Assembly (NCBI GenBank): GCA_051530055.1
Contig: CM121342.1
Coordinates: 2,080,797-2,144,796, forward strand
Direction: 5' to 3'
Origin: Neoechinorhynchus agilis
Lineage: Eukaryota; Animalia; Acanthocephala
Length of the DNA: 64,000 bases
Numbering within the stretch: the stretch's first letter is position 1; every line of letters begins with the position of its first letter. The notes under the pieces are model-generated. The model worked only from the letters and a program-made list of their open reading frames with translations. It did no database searches and was not told where the DNA came from. Of this stretch, positions 35,601 through 47,359 are shown one piece after another. Made by a program: the position numbers and the translations under genes.

Positions 35601-38272
35601 TGGCAGTGGACGTTAGGGATCAACTGACATCAAAACGGTGCTTCCTGCAAGCTACGCAAATTAAGTTCATCGCCAATGACATTTCTAACTATGATGATTA
35701 CCACTATCCAAGGTGCAATCGCTGCCACAAGTGGGGTCACTGGGCGCAGAAATGCCTTATCAAGCGAACTATTTGCCCCTTCTGTGCAGAGGAACATTGC
35801 AATGAAAACTGTCCCAAAACAACTCGTAGATGCGCCAACTGCGGTCAAACGGGCCATTGTGCTTTTGCCAAATCCTGCTACGAATTCAAAAGGCACGTGT
35901 TACGGGCTCAACGAAAGGAAATGGATATTGTCAATCAGGGGACTGCGTGGAACAATCACACATCATCGAGTAATTCAAAAGTACCTTCGTTGCCTAGAAA
36001 GTAAGCACCGGTGGAGTTGTTGTCGTATGAAGACGTTACGGAAATTTCCCCCAATGATCTGGATAACAAACTCGAGCAATTCGGTGCCAGGATACTGAAG
36101 ATGGTGGATCTAAGAATTAGCACCGCCATGCAGCATCTTGAGCAGCGGCTTATTAAACATTTTGATTCGTTAATGACATCAATTAATTACAGTCTTTGTC
36201 GAGTTGACAAGACTATGGCCACCGGTTCACATGCGCCTCAAAAGCGAGTGCGGAGGCCACTTCCGACAACTTCGGACTTCAATTCCTCGGCAACCGATAT
36301 TGAGATTGACGACAACGAAAAGTACGTCAGAGCCATAATAGCCGAACAATCAAAGGTATGCTCCAAGGGGGTTAATGACCTCATCAGGAAAGGTTAGCGA
36401 AAGGCATGAGATTGGTGCAGTGGAATTCAGGCGGGCGAATAGGAATTCCCAGACTATACCATGAACTGGCGAGGAGCGACATTATCTTAATCCAAGAGAC
36501 GAAGTCTATATCAAACGCTGGACACCTTCCCAGCAATTTCAAGGATATAGCAGGAGAATTCTCGTTTTTCATCACAATGCCTCTTCCTAGCCACTCGCAA
36601 GGACTTCTATCGATGGTCAGGCACTCCCTGCATCCCGTACGAATTTCCGAACACACAACAACTGACTTCTCATATTTTATTTTTCTGTTTTCGTTGACGG
36701 TAGGAAATTTTTAATCGGCAACGTTTACGTACGCCCAGGGAAAATACACCTGGCGCATAACAAGTTTATCTTAAGAAATATCCTGGAATCTGGGGTAGAT
36801 ATGCTTTTCGGAGATTTCAACGACCCTTCGCATAAATGGACCAAAGCCATCACCCGAGCTACCGCGTCGCATTCAATTGGCCTTAATAGCGTAATCGAGT
36901 CCCTTGTCAAACTTCATTCCGAAAGATGTCATACGCCCCCCACTAAATGGGACTTCATCCCGATTATACATAGGAGGCTCGATTTGAAATCGCCAGGCAT
37001 AGCTAACTCGTGGATGTGTAAGAATTTATCCTCACATAACGGATCTTCCTTACCTTTCAAGGCGACAAATGTCCTAGATCAAGCAAATGTTATCCGCCTC
37101 TCACAATTGATGGTCTCTGCTTCCCCTGAGGAATGGGCCGAAATTAATATGGTAAAACGTATTTTCCTATCGAAGAATAAGCGCAAAAAGATTTCCTCAG
37201 CTGACCAGGTTCGACCTATCTCGATATAGAATTCGTTAGTAAGTATATACGAGCGAGCGCTGGCGAAATTCATTTTGTACTTCGCACTTGAGCACAATTG
37301 CATTGACAGTCGCTGCCGTGGTTTTTTACCTGGTAAGTCAGTGCACTCTGCAATTAGGAAAATAATTAATAATTTCTCTACGAACGTTAGTTCAATGAAC
37401 ATTTTAATTACTTTCGATATTACGAAGGCATTTGATAAAATTGACTTTTCGATTTTTTAACTTCCCGTTCAACATTATAGCGCGAGTCGATAACACTCTA
37501 AGATCCAAGTTTTTTTTACTTTTTCGATGATAATTCACGCACACTTTACTATCCTACAAAGGGTTTGCCACAAAGATCGCCCTTATCTCCATTTTTATTT
37601 TGTGTGGCTTCTCAATTCATCATACAAAATTGCTCTATCTGCCCTTCGATCACTCTTTATGCAGACGACCTGAATGTTGTTATTAAGGATTCAAACTATT
37701 TAAGTGCGATTGCCAAATTATCTTCATTACTCACTTTTTTAATAGACAAACTCAAGCAAATGGGTCTATACCTAAACCCAAATAAAACAAAATTTATCAT
37801 GAAATCGAAATCTGTGATAGGGAAACGTAAAGTGAGGGAATTTTTCCAACAATTCTATAATCTTGACGGTCAACCTACCACTAAAAAGATTGAGATTCTT
37901 GGTTATACATTTACGAGCCATTTGAAAATCAACAATGACATGAACAAGCTTAAGAAGCTCCTAAGAATCGCTAGAATCAAAGCTAAACGAGCCTATAAAC
38001 TAGGTTTCGAATCTAAGTCGATCAATTCAGTCTGGAATTCATGGGCCATATCGGGCCTTGTCTTCTTCTCTAGAGGCAGACCGCCAGAACAACGCCTGCA
38101 ATTCCTCGATGCCTTTCTCATCGCCCTACATAAGCTTCCCTACCCCTTCGGTCAGCACCTCTCCTGGTCTGCGTCTGTCTCATACAAATTATTCGCCTGC
38201 CTTCTTCGAATATATCAGTTTGTTTGTTGTTCGTTCCGTTTTTTTAGAAAACAAAGAAATGGCGGAAGTTAA
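35600..38272 (+). mobile_element. Second LINE of the same type, fused head-to-tail to the first (partial ORF1, APE, RT)
   Basis: CNRCHKWGHWAQKC / CPFCAEEHCNENC / CANCGQTGH; MRLVQWNSGG...DIILIQET; MLFGDFND; VRPISI; FDITKAFDKID; PQRSPLSPFLF; LYADDL. Confidence 0.88.
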
Positions 38273-38565
38273 ATCAGAGGATTTAACAGTGTCCTCGGAA
38301 CGTTCTCGGTCGGATTCCGCACGGCGAGTTTTACTTGAAAATTGTTCGTCACCATAGGATCTTCATGTAACTTTTCCAGATAAATCCCAAACTTATCTCG
38401 GGTAGAATTTTCGCTGGTCTTGGAATTTTTTATGTGGCAACCACTTTTCCGGGCTAGGACGATGTACCCTTTACATCCGAAAGAGTATTTCTTCCTGTCG
38501 GGTCCATTGGTACCGTGCGCACTTGTGGGAATCTTAGTACTTACAAAAGATGTTTCTAATGGAAA
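38270..38565 (-). repeat. Uninterrupted paralog of the sequence split by the gypsy-2 insertion (3243-3366 plus 7309-7460)
   Basis: Minus strand ...ggaaaagtggttgccacataaaaaattccaagacc... aligns to ggaaaagtggttgt|element|gttgtcaaattaaaaattccaagacc. Confidence 0.8.
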
Positions 38566-38809
38566 AACCGCTGAGCAGAAAAAAATCCAGGAGCACTTCA
38601 CCTTCTTAAATCTACACCGAAAGCTACCGAGAATCGTTCAACACCCACTCGATTTTTCTGACATGTCAATTTAAGTCGAAAATTGACGCAAAATTCTATA
38701 GCGGTACGGGCACTCAGTTGTAAGTTATTGTCGTAAGATTATTTCACAGCTTAAAATGATTCCCCAGCAGTTGTACTCATTTGCTACTCAATTTTTTAAA
38801 ATCATTTCT

Positions 38810-39490
38810 TGTATGTTACATATTTATCGCTCAAAGAATATCCCAATATTTTGGCATCTGATTTCATACAATAGATTTGTGATCAAGTCGATCATTAAGC
38901 CAATGCTGCGATCTCCACAAATGCCACTTCCAATCAACAATAACTGAATAAGTGCAACTGAATGGATGAACAAAAGTGCCTTTCTCCTCTACTCAAATTC
39001 AGAATTGTACCTTTTTATTTTATAACAACTCTTTCATTTAAAAAAGTTTATATCTTTAAGCTGAACGAAATAATTTTCACGTTTTCTTAAAAAATCTATA
39101 TTCCTTCTTTTTTATTTCAAGTGAAAGGTTTAGAAAAATGACTTCCATGCATAGTGTAAATTGTGGTTTTCCTGTCTTTGTCTCCATCAAACAACAGTGC
39201 TTACAAAAGACAAGTAAGTGTCCCTTGGTCGCTCTTATTGATAAAGATGATTTTAAAAGAAGGATTAATTGAAAAATTTCAAAAACATGTGAGAGAGTAA
39301 ACGATAGTGCGCTGAGAAGATTTGATAGCCCAATTGCTGTTAGCGACAAACCGAATACAAAAATATTCTGAATTAGTACCACAAAGCGAAGGATTTTATA
39401 AATTGTCAAGTCACTTTTAACGTCAGAAATCTATTCATAAAAGCATGACCCAAAAACTTTTTTTATAAATTTCGAATTGAAGCCACCGTC
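38810..39490 (-). pseudogene. Inverted paralog of the 21635-22290 truncated coiled-coil 5' remnant
   Basis: Reverse complement matches 21635-22290 with substitutions; ORF 39077-39409 resembles 21709-22065. Confidence 0.75.
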
Positions 39491-40635
39491 GACTTTTGAA
39501 TTTGCCTTCTTATGCAAATCATGGATTCGTACGTTGCCCACGTGGGCATAATAATTATAACCGATTTCGAGGGATAAATACTATGTTTTTCAATACTTAA
39601 TTAGTGATAAGCAAGCATTCATGTTTTCCAAACCCTACTAATGCGTTCATCCTAGTAAAGGAAATTGGTCGGTGAATTCAATTTTAGCGGATAGTGAATT
39701 GTTAAGCGTTCAAAATCGCTACTAGTCAGGGAGAGAATGTAAGTGGAGTCGCTTAAATGCGAAGCGCTGCTCGATGGGTGAACGATTTCCCAAAGGAATA
39801 CCTATGATCAATAACAATTTTTGAGAACCACATCATCCCCCTCAGCTCTCGAATGCTCGATTAGTGTTCGTTGTGTTGCTATTCGTGTAGTGTTCCAATA
39901 CAAGCGAGCGAGTTGCTTACTAAGCCAAGAAACCTCCATTTTGGCGATCAAGCTCTCATTTAAGAATTTGAAACGATTCTATAAATGAACGTCACGGACG
40001 TATTCGGATTCTTGATCTCTTTTTCTCTGTTAACATTTACTGGGATTTTTTAGGTTTAATGATCCGAGGATAAATTTTCAAATTATTAGTCATACGTACG
40101 ATCTTTTTGAAAACCTACTAATCCGCTCATCCTAGTCAAGGAAATTGGTCAGTGAATTCCATTTTAGCGGAGAGGAGAGATTAACGATGCATTGAACTGC
40201 GGTTTTCTAATAATAGTTTATGCGAATTAGTTTAGAAACCATTTCTGGATGCACGCGGTCATCCCAGGCCACATACGAATCCAAGATTCGCATAATGCAA
40301 GTCGACGGTAGCTTGAATTTGAAATTTATAAAGTTTTTGGATCATGCCTTTATGAATAGATTTCTAACGTTGAAATGATTTTTTACGTTAAAAGTGATTT
40401 GACAATTCATAAAATCCTCCGCTTTGTGGTATTAATTAAAAATTGTTTTGTATTCGATTTGTCGCTAACAGCGATCGAGCTTTTAAATCTGCTGAGGGCA
40501 CTATCGTTTACTTTCTCATATGTTTCTGAGAATTTTTAATTATTCTTTATTTTAAAATGTATCTTCATTTTTATCAATACAAACCGCTCCAACATATTGA
40601 TTCCTGATAGGAAAACCCCTTCTTCAATTTTAGAA

Positions 40636-43173
40636 ATGAGTCTCAACGCCAATATTCGTACTATGATAACTAACCTCATCGCTGCCTCCGTATCTCCGAC
40701 ATGTAAGGTACGACGCAATATCCGAACTTGGATTTCTATTAACGACCCAAATGCTGTGTATAAAATAATGCAGGACATTTGTTCTCAAATTGAAAACACC
40801 GTGAATGAACAAAATCCACCTGTAGATTTTTTAATGCTTGGAAAAAAACCAAGCGAAATGAAAAAGTTGTTAGAGAATCGCTTTAAGATGGCAATTAAAC
40901 CATTAGAACTATTGGGGCGCGCTTCCTTGATTTTGAGCTTTTACTGTTACGGACTGTCAACGCCTTCTGTAAGTGAATTTTTTTTACAAATGTGTACACG
41001 ATTGAACCAGAGCGACCAAACGACACTCACTTGTCTTTTGTCAGCATTGTTGTTCGATGGAGACAAAGACCGGAAAACAACAATAAACAATATCCTTGCT
41101 AGTGAAGGCGAAAGCCCATACGATAAAAATTGCCCTTACTCATCTTTGTCGGATCTGATTGTTGCTATTCAGAACAGCGAAAATGGTCAATCCACTGAGC
41201 TAGAGAAACCAAAAGAAACAAAGGAAACTGAGCATTCAAATGGCAAGGGAAGCAACGACGGCAAGAAAGAGTCAATTAAAAGTCCCGACCTATTAAATGG
41301 CACACAATGTATTGAAAACGGAGGCGATCCGCTGGGAAAATATGAATCGGATGACGAGCCTTTCGGTTGGAGTAAGCATATAGAAGGGGCTTCCAAGAGT
41401 ACAAACAATAAAAATGTGAATATAGATAATTTTCGAAAACAAGAAACAAAGCCTCAAACGGAAAGTCGTTTGTCCCCTATCCGAGATATTGATTCCCAAT
41501 GCAAAATGCTAAAGGAGGGGCTAAGTGAGAAGGAAAAGCTGCTAGAGGACACGAATCGCAGGCTAAAAGAAATATCCGCGCAAAACGATGAATTAAACGC
41601 ACAAATTGTAAAGCTGAGAATGATCACGAGAAAAATAGAAAACGATTTTGAGGAAAGGGACAAAAAGTGTTCAGACCAAAATATGAGGATTACAGAGTTA
41701 GCAAAACAGAATGCTAACTTGAAGGAGGATTTAAGACTTGCGAAAAGTACGAATGCTGATTTATCGAAAAAAGAAAATGAGCTTAAATCGTTCGCAGAAG
41801 ACGCACAAGAGGAGGTGATAAAATTGAAGGAATACCAAAAGAAAATTTTAGAAAGTTTGAATGAGAAGGAGAATCATTTGATTGACAACAAGCGCAGACT
41901 GAAGGAGGTATCAAATCAAAACAATGAACTTAGTGCTAAAATTTCAGTACTAACTAAAAAGCAGAAAATTAATGAATATGAAATTGAGCAGAAAAACAAG
42001 AAGTGTGGAACGCTATCTTCAGAATTAGAGGAAATGACGAAGGAAAATCGGGATTTAAAAACGAAGCTTTCGTCTGCTCAGCGAGAAAAGGAAATCAATT
42101 TATCAAAAACGGAACGAGAGATGCAATGTCGTATTAATGAAAGCCAGCGGAAAATAATTAATCTTGAGAGATCCCTAAAAGAGGCTAATGAGAAATTTGA
42201 TGCGAAAGTACTAGGTTCATCGGAAACGGAAAAACATTTAGAAAAAGTTATAAAGCGAAATGAAGAAATGGTTGTCGAGCTCAAGGCTAACGGTCAACTG
42301 ATAAATAACCTTAAGGCTAAATTAAATCGACTAAAGGAAATCAACGATAAAAATGAAATTGAAAGAAAAGCAAGAGATCTCCAAATTGCAGAACTTGAAG
42401 CTAAATTGAAAGCCGAAATAGGCATGGCCGCAAAAGAAGTTGAGCAGTTTTCACAGAAGGAAATAAAATGGAAAACTGATGAGCGTTCACTGCAACTAAA
42501 ACTTCAAAACATTATGGAAAAACTCGAACATTTGGAACAGTCGAGGAATTTAGAAGAAAATACACGACTTATGGAAAGCAAAGAAGAAAATCTGAGACTT
42601 CAGGGTTGTTTGGGAAATGCTCAATCTGAGATCTGTGATCTCAAAACAAAATCGGAATCTCTTAATACGGAATTAAGGGAGAAGAACACGAAACTAACAG
42701 AAAGTTCCATGAAATTAGAAAATCTCCTGATGCAAAATGGGGAATTGTCAGAAAAGGTGGAAACTATTCAAAGGAAGTTTGATTGCGTTTTAAGCGAAAA
42801 TCAAAATCGTTCAAAAATTATTCAGACACAAGAAAGTGAAATTAGCAAATTGAAGGCAGAACTTCGTGAAAACGTTTCGGTTTACGCGCAAGAGAAATGG
42901 GAAATGATGAAGAAGATAAATGGCCAAATGATTGAAGAACTAAAGAAGAGCAAACTTGAAAAAAACATGCTATTGAAAAGGAACAAAGATTTTGAAGATC
43001 ATTTTGGCCGGAATACAAGAAAGGTGACAGTCTTGGAGCAACCACAAGAACTAAAGTCCCAAATGTGCAACCAAACAAAGGATTTTGAAGATACAAATAA
43101 TCGTCCAAAACATAGACTCAGATTATTTGAACGGATGATACGCCGTCTTTTAAATTGGAGAATAGGAAACTGA
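40636..43173 (+). CDS. Long coiled-coil protein (845 aa from first ATG) with a possible HOOK/NuMA-type calponin-homology N-terminal domain; only intact copy
   Basis: Uninterrupted ORF (track start 40597 is TTG; ATG at 40636). The helical N-terminal ~160 aa end in PLELLGRASLILSFYC...FFLQMCTRLNQSDQTTLTCLLSALL, then a low-complexity linker and ~550 aa of E/K-rich heptads. The domain call is by eye. Confidence 0.85.
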   Translation: MSLNANIRTMITNLIAASVSPTCKVRRNIRTWISINDPNAVYKIMQDICSQIENTVNEQNPPVDFLMLGKKPSEMKKLLENRFKMAIKPLELLGRASLILSFYCYGLSTPSVSEFFLQMCTRLNQSDQTTLTCLLSALLFDGDKDRKTTINNILASEGESPYDKNCPYSSLSDLIVAIQNSENGQSTELEKPKETKETEHSNGKGSNDGKKESIKSPDLLNGTQCIENGGDPLGKYESDDEPFGWSKHIEGASKSTNNKNVNIDNFRKQETKPQTESRLSPIRDIDSQCKMLKEGLSEKEKLLEDTNRRLKEISAQNDELNAQIVKLRMITRKIENDFEERDKKCSDQNMRITELAKQNANLKEDLRLAKSTNADLSKKENELKSFAEDAQEEVIKLKEYQKKILESLNEKENHLIDNKRRLKEVSNQNNELSAKISVLTKKQKINEYEIEQKNKKCGTLSSELEEMTKENRDLKTKLSSAQREKEINLSKTEREMQCRINESQRKIINLERSLKEANEKFDAKVLGSSETEKHLEKVIKRNEEMVVELKANGQLINNLKAKLNRLKEINDKNEIERKARDLQIAELEAKLKAEIGMAAKEVEQFSQKEIKWKTDERSLQLKLQNIMEKLEHLEQSRNLEENTRLMESKEENLRLQGCLGNAQSEICDLKTKSESLNTELREKNTKLTESSMKLENLLMQNGELSEKVETIQRKFDCVLSENQNRSKIIQTQESEISKLKAELRENVSVYAQEKWEMMKKINGQMIEELKKSKLEKNMLLKRNKDFEDHFGRNTRKVTVLEQPQELKSQMCNQTKDFEDTNNRPKHRLRLFERMIRRLLNWRIGN

Positions 43174-43744
43174 GAAATAGATGAACTAAGAGGTGACGAT
43201 CCAGTCGGTACGAATATGCCATTTTCGAACCTCGCCGACCTGCCCGGGCAATCTTTGGGTCCTGAGAGTACTGCAATATTGCCAAAAAAATTCAATTGTA
43301 TGTTAATACAAGATCAAAACTCAACTTCATCGCAAAACCACTCCACACACGCCTCCGCGTTCTCAAAGAAGAAGCACAGCAGTTGGTACTCCTTCTAAAC
43401 TTTCCAACCGTCAATATTCGAGGGCAATTGCAGATGCATTCGATTCAATTCGTCCGGGTAAAAATTACAGTGGAATATGTTGTTTTAAACAATTAAAATG
43501 CAAATTGTATAATAAACGCAATTTATGTATTGCTATTTTTCGGGACACGGTTTAAAAACATATGCAATCCCATAAAGTTCATTGGGTTTTATATGATCGC
43601 TGCTTGGGCTGAAATGCAAGCTAGAAATTTAAGCAACTCTTAAACTTTACGGCGAAAACGGGTGCTAATCACTTTCATGATTCTTTTAAAAACCATTATG
43701 TTTGCAAATAATCTATAAAGGTGTCGATGGAAACGGCGGAACAT

Positions 43745-43910
43745 GTTTATCCTCCATTGCTTCGAGGATGCACCCAGCATTCCCATTCTGAATCGCAAAG
43801 CTGATTCTCCGATAAAAATAGTGGGCTGCACGGGGTTCCTTGTTGTTGTGGTCAACAATTTTACAACCTTTGTTAAAAATTCTGCAGTGCTTAGTCCGAT
43901 CGACGAATCG
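43745..43910 (-). mobile_element. CRE-like 3' fragment (paralog of 24930-25140)
   Basis: NKEPRAAHYFYRRISFAIQNGNAGCILEA. Confidence 0.7.
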
Positions 43911-44309
43911 ATGCATTTGTATTTTTTGTTTTTCGATCTTCCGCCCTTTTAGCCACTTCACTGGCTCCTGAAACTGGAAAGTATAATTTGCTCTTCGAAA
44001 TCGTATTCGGCAGTGGTCCCAACGGAACGACCTCTTTCCAACTTAAATGTTGATGTGTCGTCCGGTCTTTTCCCGTTATCTCCGCTTAAATGGACTGGCT
44101 CGATCGGAGACCAAAGTCCTTCTTATTCGAGTATTCACTATGCCGTGACAATTGTGCTTGACCATCGGTTTTGGGCAATCGAACCCGTTGGTTCTCATGC
44201 TATCAGTCTTGGTCCCGCTCTTGCATATCTCAGGGATTGAGTAAGCCACGCCTAGTCCTAGTCCCAAAGCGAGACTAAAGGAACAGTCATCCATTTTAGT
44301 ACCAATCTA

Positions 44310-44860
44310 CGAGATTGGTGAAACGTTAAAAAAACCACCGGACCATTCGGTTGCGGCCGCGATTTGGCGTGCTCGTTCTTTGGGCTCGTCACAGTTTGAC
44401 CAACTCATCGCACTGAATATCGCATGTTCCTCAAGACGAATGCCCGCATAGCACTGGGCGTCCACGATTTCGTTTTGCTCCCTCCGGAATATGTGACAGG
44501 ACCGCGTGACGGTCGTTTAGGACTCCAATCCCACGTGTCCTCATAACTCTTGCTGCAACACTGTTGTCAGCTCGAACTTTCGCGTTCATATCTCCCATTA
44601 CGAATAGAAGATCTTTAGCAGGTGCAGTGGCGGTGATATCAGTCAGTTGTTCATAGAAAAGATCCTTGTCAGTATCCGAATGCTATTCCGTTGGGGCATA
44701 ACAAACAATGATTGAAATCGACGAATGTTTTGTCCGAAACCTGGCTTTAAACAACCTTTCATTTACAGGCGTCCATTCTGTGAGGACCACCCACATTTCC
44801 TGTGTAGCGACAAGCGCTATGACGTGTCTTTTCCTCGATGCGTCGCCTGGGTACAAAGCC
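44310..44860 (-). mobile_element. Internally deleted RTE-clade LINE (APE joined to 3' end)
   Basis: WTPVNERLFKARFRTKHSSISIIVCYAPTE*HSDTDKDLFYEQL...VMGDMNAKV (RTE APE), then IPEGAKRNRGRP (RTE C-terminus). Confidence 0.75.
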
Positions 44861-45039
44861 ATTAACTTCCCCAACCAACAAATTGAAATCTGTATTAATA
44901 TTTGGGATATTATTCGAGTCAATGGATGTGCAAAATAAAAGAAATTTCTATTGGTAGTTATCCCCACCAGGATTTAAATTAGTAGATTTAAGGTTTTTTG
45001 ATCAAACTTTTTTTTACATAATATATTTTTAACAATTCA

Positions 45040-45790
45040 AACAATCTGCTCCCGCCACGGGAAAACCGAAATTCCATCGGGCCTACGGCCGTCTAGTCGA
45101 CAAAGGTGGGCGGGTTCCGGGAAGTTCGCCGTTCTCAACGCCCGAGAAATTGCGTTATTGATTTCAGAATGGCGTGAGAACCTTCCTCCTGACCTTCTGC
45201 AGACGAGACCGTGTCGCCCGAAAGCATCAACCGAAGACCCACATCGACAGCGATGGGGCGTGCATATCGGGAGACCAAGTCTTAAGGATATTGCGATCCT
45301 CGTTACCTCATCAGTAAAAAGAGTTCCCACTGATGCAAGAGGAACAGCCTCCAACCACGCCCCAGATTCTCGTGTTGAAACTGCCAGCAGTCTAGCTCGG
45401 ACGTCCCCATCACGAGAACCTGAAAGTAGAGAGCTGTGAGCTCTCGCGACAAGAGGTCCGTCATAGATCGGCTGTCTGAGGCCATTCACGGGAACATGGT
45501 TAGCGCCTGTCTGCTGGCACCATTCCTCAACCGCCACCACGAAATCGCGGTCAGAACAGGACTTTTCCTTCAAATTTTTCTTCGATACTGGTAGGCTCCC
45601 CTCAAACGATCCAAGAAAGGCCTGTAAAGCAAGGTCCACTAGTGCCCGAATCCCCAATCCCCCAGATGACACAGGCAAAGAAGCTTGTCGCCACGCCTCA
45701 TCCGAGAGCTGGACATTTAAAATACGCTCGAGACAAGCCCTCACCTTGCCGTCGAGCTTAGCCAATCCTTCCTTATGTTTGAAAAATGTT
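45040..45790 (-). mobile_element. CRE-like non-LTR retrotransposon fragment (post-RT region, CCHC, REL start)
   Basis: WRQASLPVSSGGLGIR, SGAWLEAVP, RLGLP...CRCG..VD..GRHGLVC...RFSRHSEIN...RRPDG. Confidence 0.88.
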
Positions 45791-45899
45791 ATGCCGTTAT
45801 TTCGTCCGATAATTTCGGCAGTATCAAGGTTTATCATCTAAAATACTAACACACAAGTGTTATCCTGTAGACTAGTTATTGTCAAGCGATATGGACTCT

Positions 45900-46700
45900 T
45901 TGTCCGCTTAAACCTCTGAAGAAGAGCACCATTGCTTCCTCATTGGCAATTTCAAGCTGATGCTCGTTTTTTTGGCTTCCATAGGTTGAACTAAGCATTC
46001 TATTTTGATGGCTTCCATTATTAACTGATTTCGTAAATTAGGTTGTACGCTTATCACATTCACGTCATCAAAATCAATTTGATGTTCGCAATTCACCCTG
46101 TGATTGGCTATTGCTGAGGAAGCATCGTAACGCCTACATGCATATCTGTGCTCTGCGATCCTTTTGCTGAGTCCTTGTTTGGTCTGTCCCGCATATTTGG
46201 CTAGACAGTCTTTGCAACGGACATCGAATACAACTTGATATTGCTCACATTTTGACTTATTTTTAAGGATGACTGCGAGGTTCTCTTCTTTTGTATTGAA
46301 CAGAAAGATTGTTTTGTCCAAGTTTCGCAAATCTCGATTAAGTACGGATTGAAGTTTGTTATTCACTAATTTAATCCCTATATATTTAGGTTTTGGTTTC
46401 CTGGACGCACTTTATTCTATCATTTGTAAGGAAGGTAGATGACGACTAACCTTAACACCAAGGAAATTGATAGTAACCTGCTCACACTCTTCCGCTGTTA
46501 CAGCCAACTTGATGTTGTTATGTATAGAATGCAACAACTTTTTTAAACTGTTAGTATCAGTCCAATCTTCGATAATGAAGAATGCATCGAACTCGACGCG
46601 CGAATGTAACATCTGCTGAACAATGGGGCGATCTATAAAACGTCGGTTATGAGTATCATTAAGGATCACCGCGTCAACCACCGACACCTTCGCACTCAAT
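45900..46700 (-). mobile_element. Penelope-like element fragment (paralog of 27190-28500)
   Basis: Same GIY-YIG ORF (45908-46366) and RT thumb ORF (46412-46699), without the poly(A)-tailed insert. Confidence 0.85.
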
Positions 46701-46958
46701 TCGCTTTCTGATTCTAACGCTGTACAATCTCAAAAATGTGACTATTCCTGGTGTGCTGATCTTATGTACAAGTTGATTTTCGCAAAAGACTAACGCTCTT
46801 ACTAATCTTCTTCAGATTCACTATCATCCATCTGAACTCCTTCGTATTGCCGAAACAGTTCACCAGGTTGAATCGCTCCCCATCCTTCCGGCCTTGGTGG
46901 CAGATACAAGCGATATGGATTTGCACTATCAGCAAAACGATTCAACCGAGGCAGTGCA

Positions 46959-47246
46959 TTAATAACGTAAGCTGTAAAAATGTCTATCCTTCACAGAAGG
47001 TACCGCAGATTCAGTTCGAGTGCCAATTGACCCGTTAATTTCTCTTATTTGTTGACGTCGCCGATGTCGAAACCAATTTTCAATGGAAAATAGAGTTCTT
47101 CTCATTCCAACAGCTATTCTTGCCAAATCTAGAGTCGTGGGCATTGGTTCCATTTTGAACATTCTCTCAAGGATATTAACTTCATCTTCCACAAATCCGT
47201 TTATGGCTTGATTAATGTCACTGTTACCACTGCCACGAGAAACCAT
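46959..47246 (-). pseudogene. Divergent homeobox copy 3: homeodomain intact, C-terminus truncated by a 2-nt deletion (95 aa)
   Basis: gtaaaaatgtctatcc versus gtaaaaatgtctctatcc in copies 1 and 2; ends ...AVPSVKDRHFYSLRY*. Confidence 0.72.
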
Positions 47247-47359
47247 CGCGATCAAGGTGACTAGTCGCGTGTATCGAAAAATATATCCCAAGTCGACCTA
47301 TTTGATATCGACCGTTCATATAGTCTTGATTGTAGGCTTTGGTTTTCTAGAAAACAATG

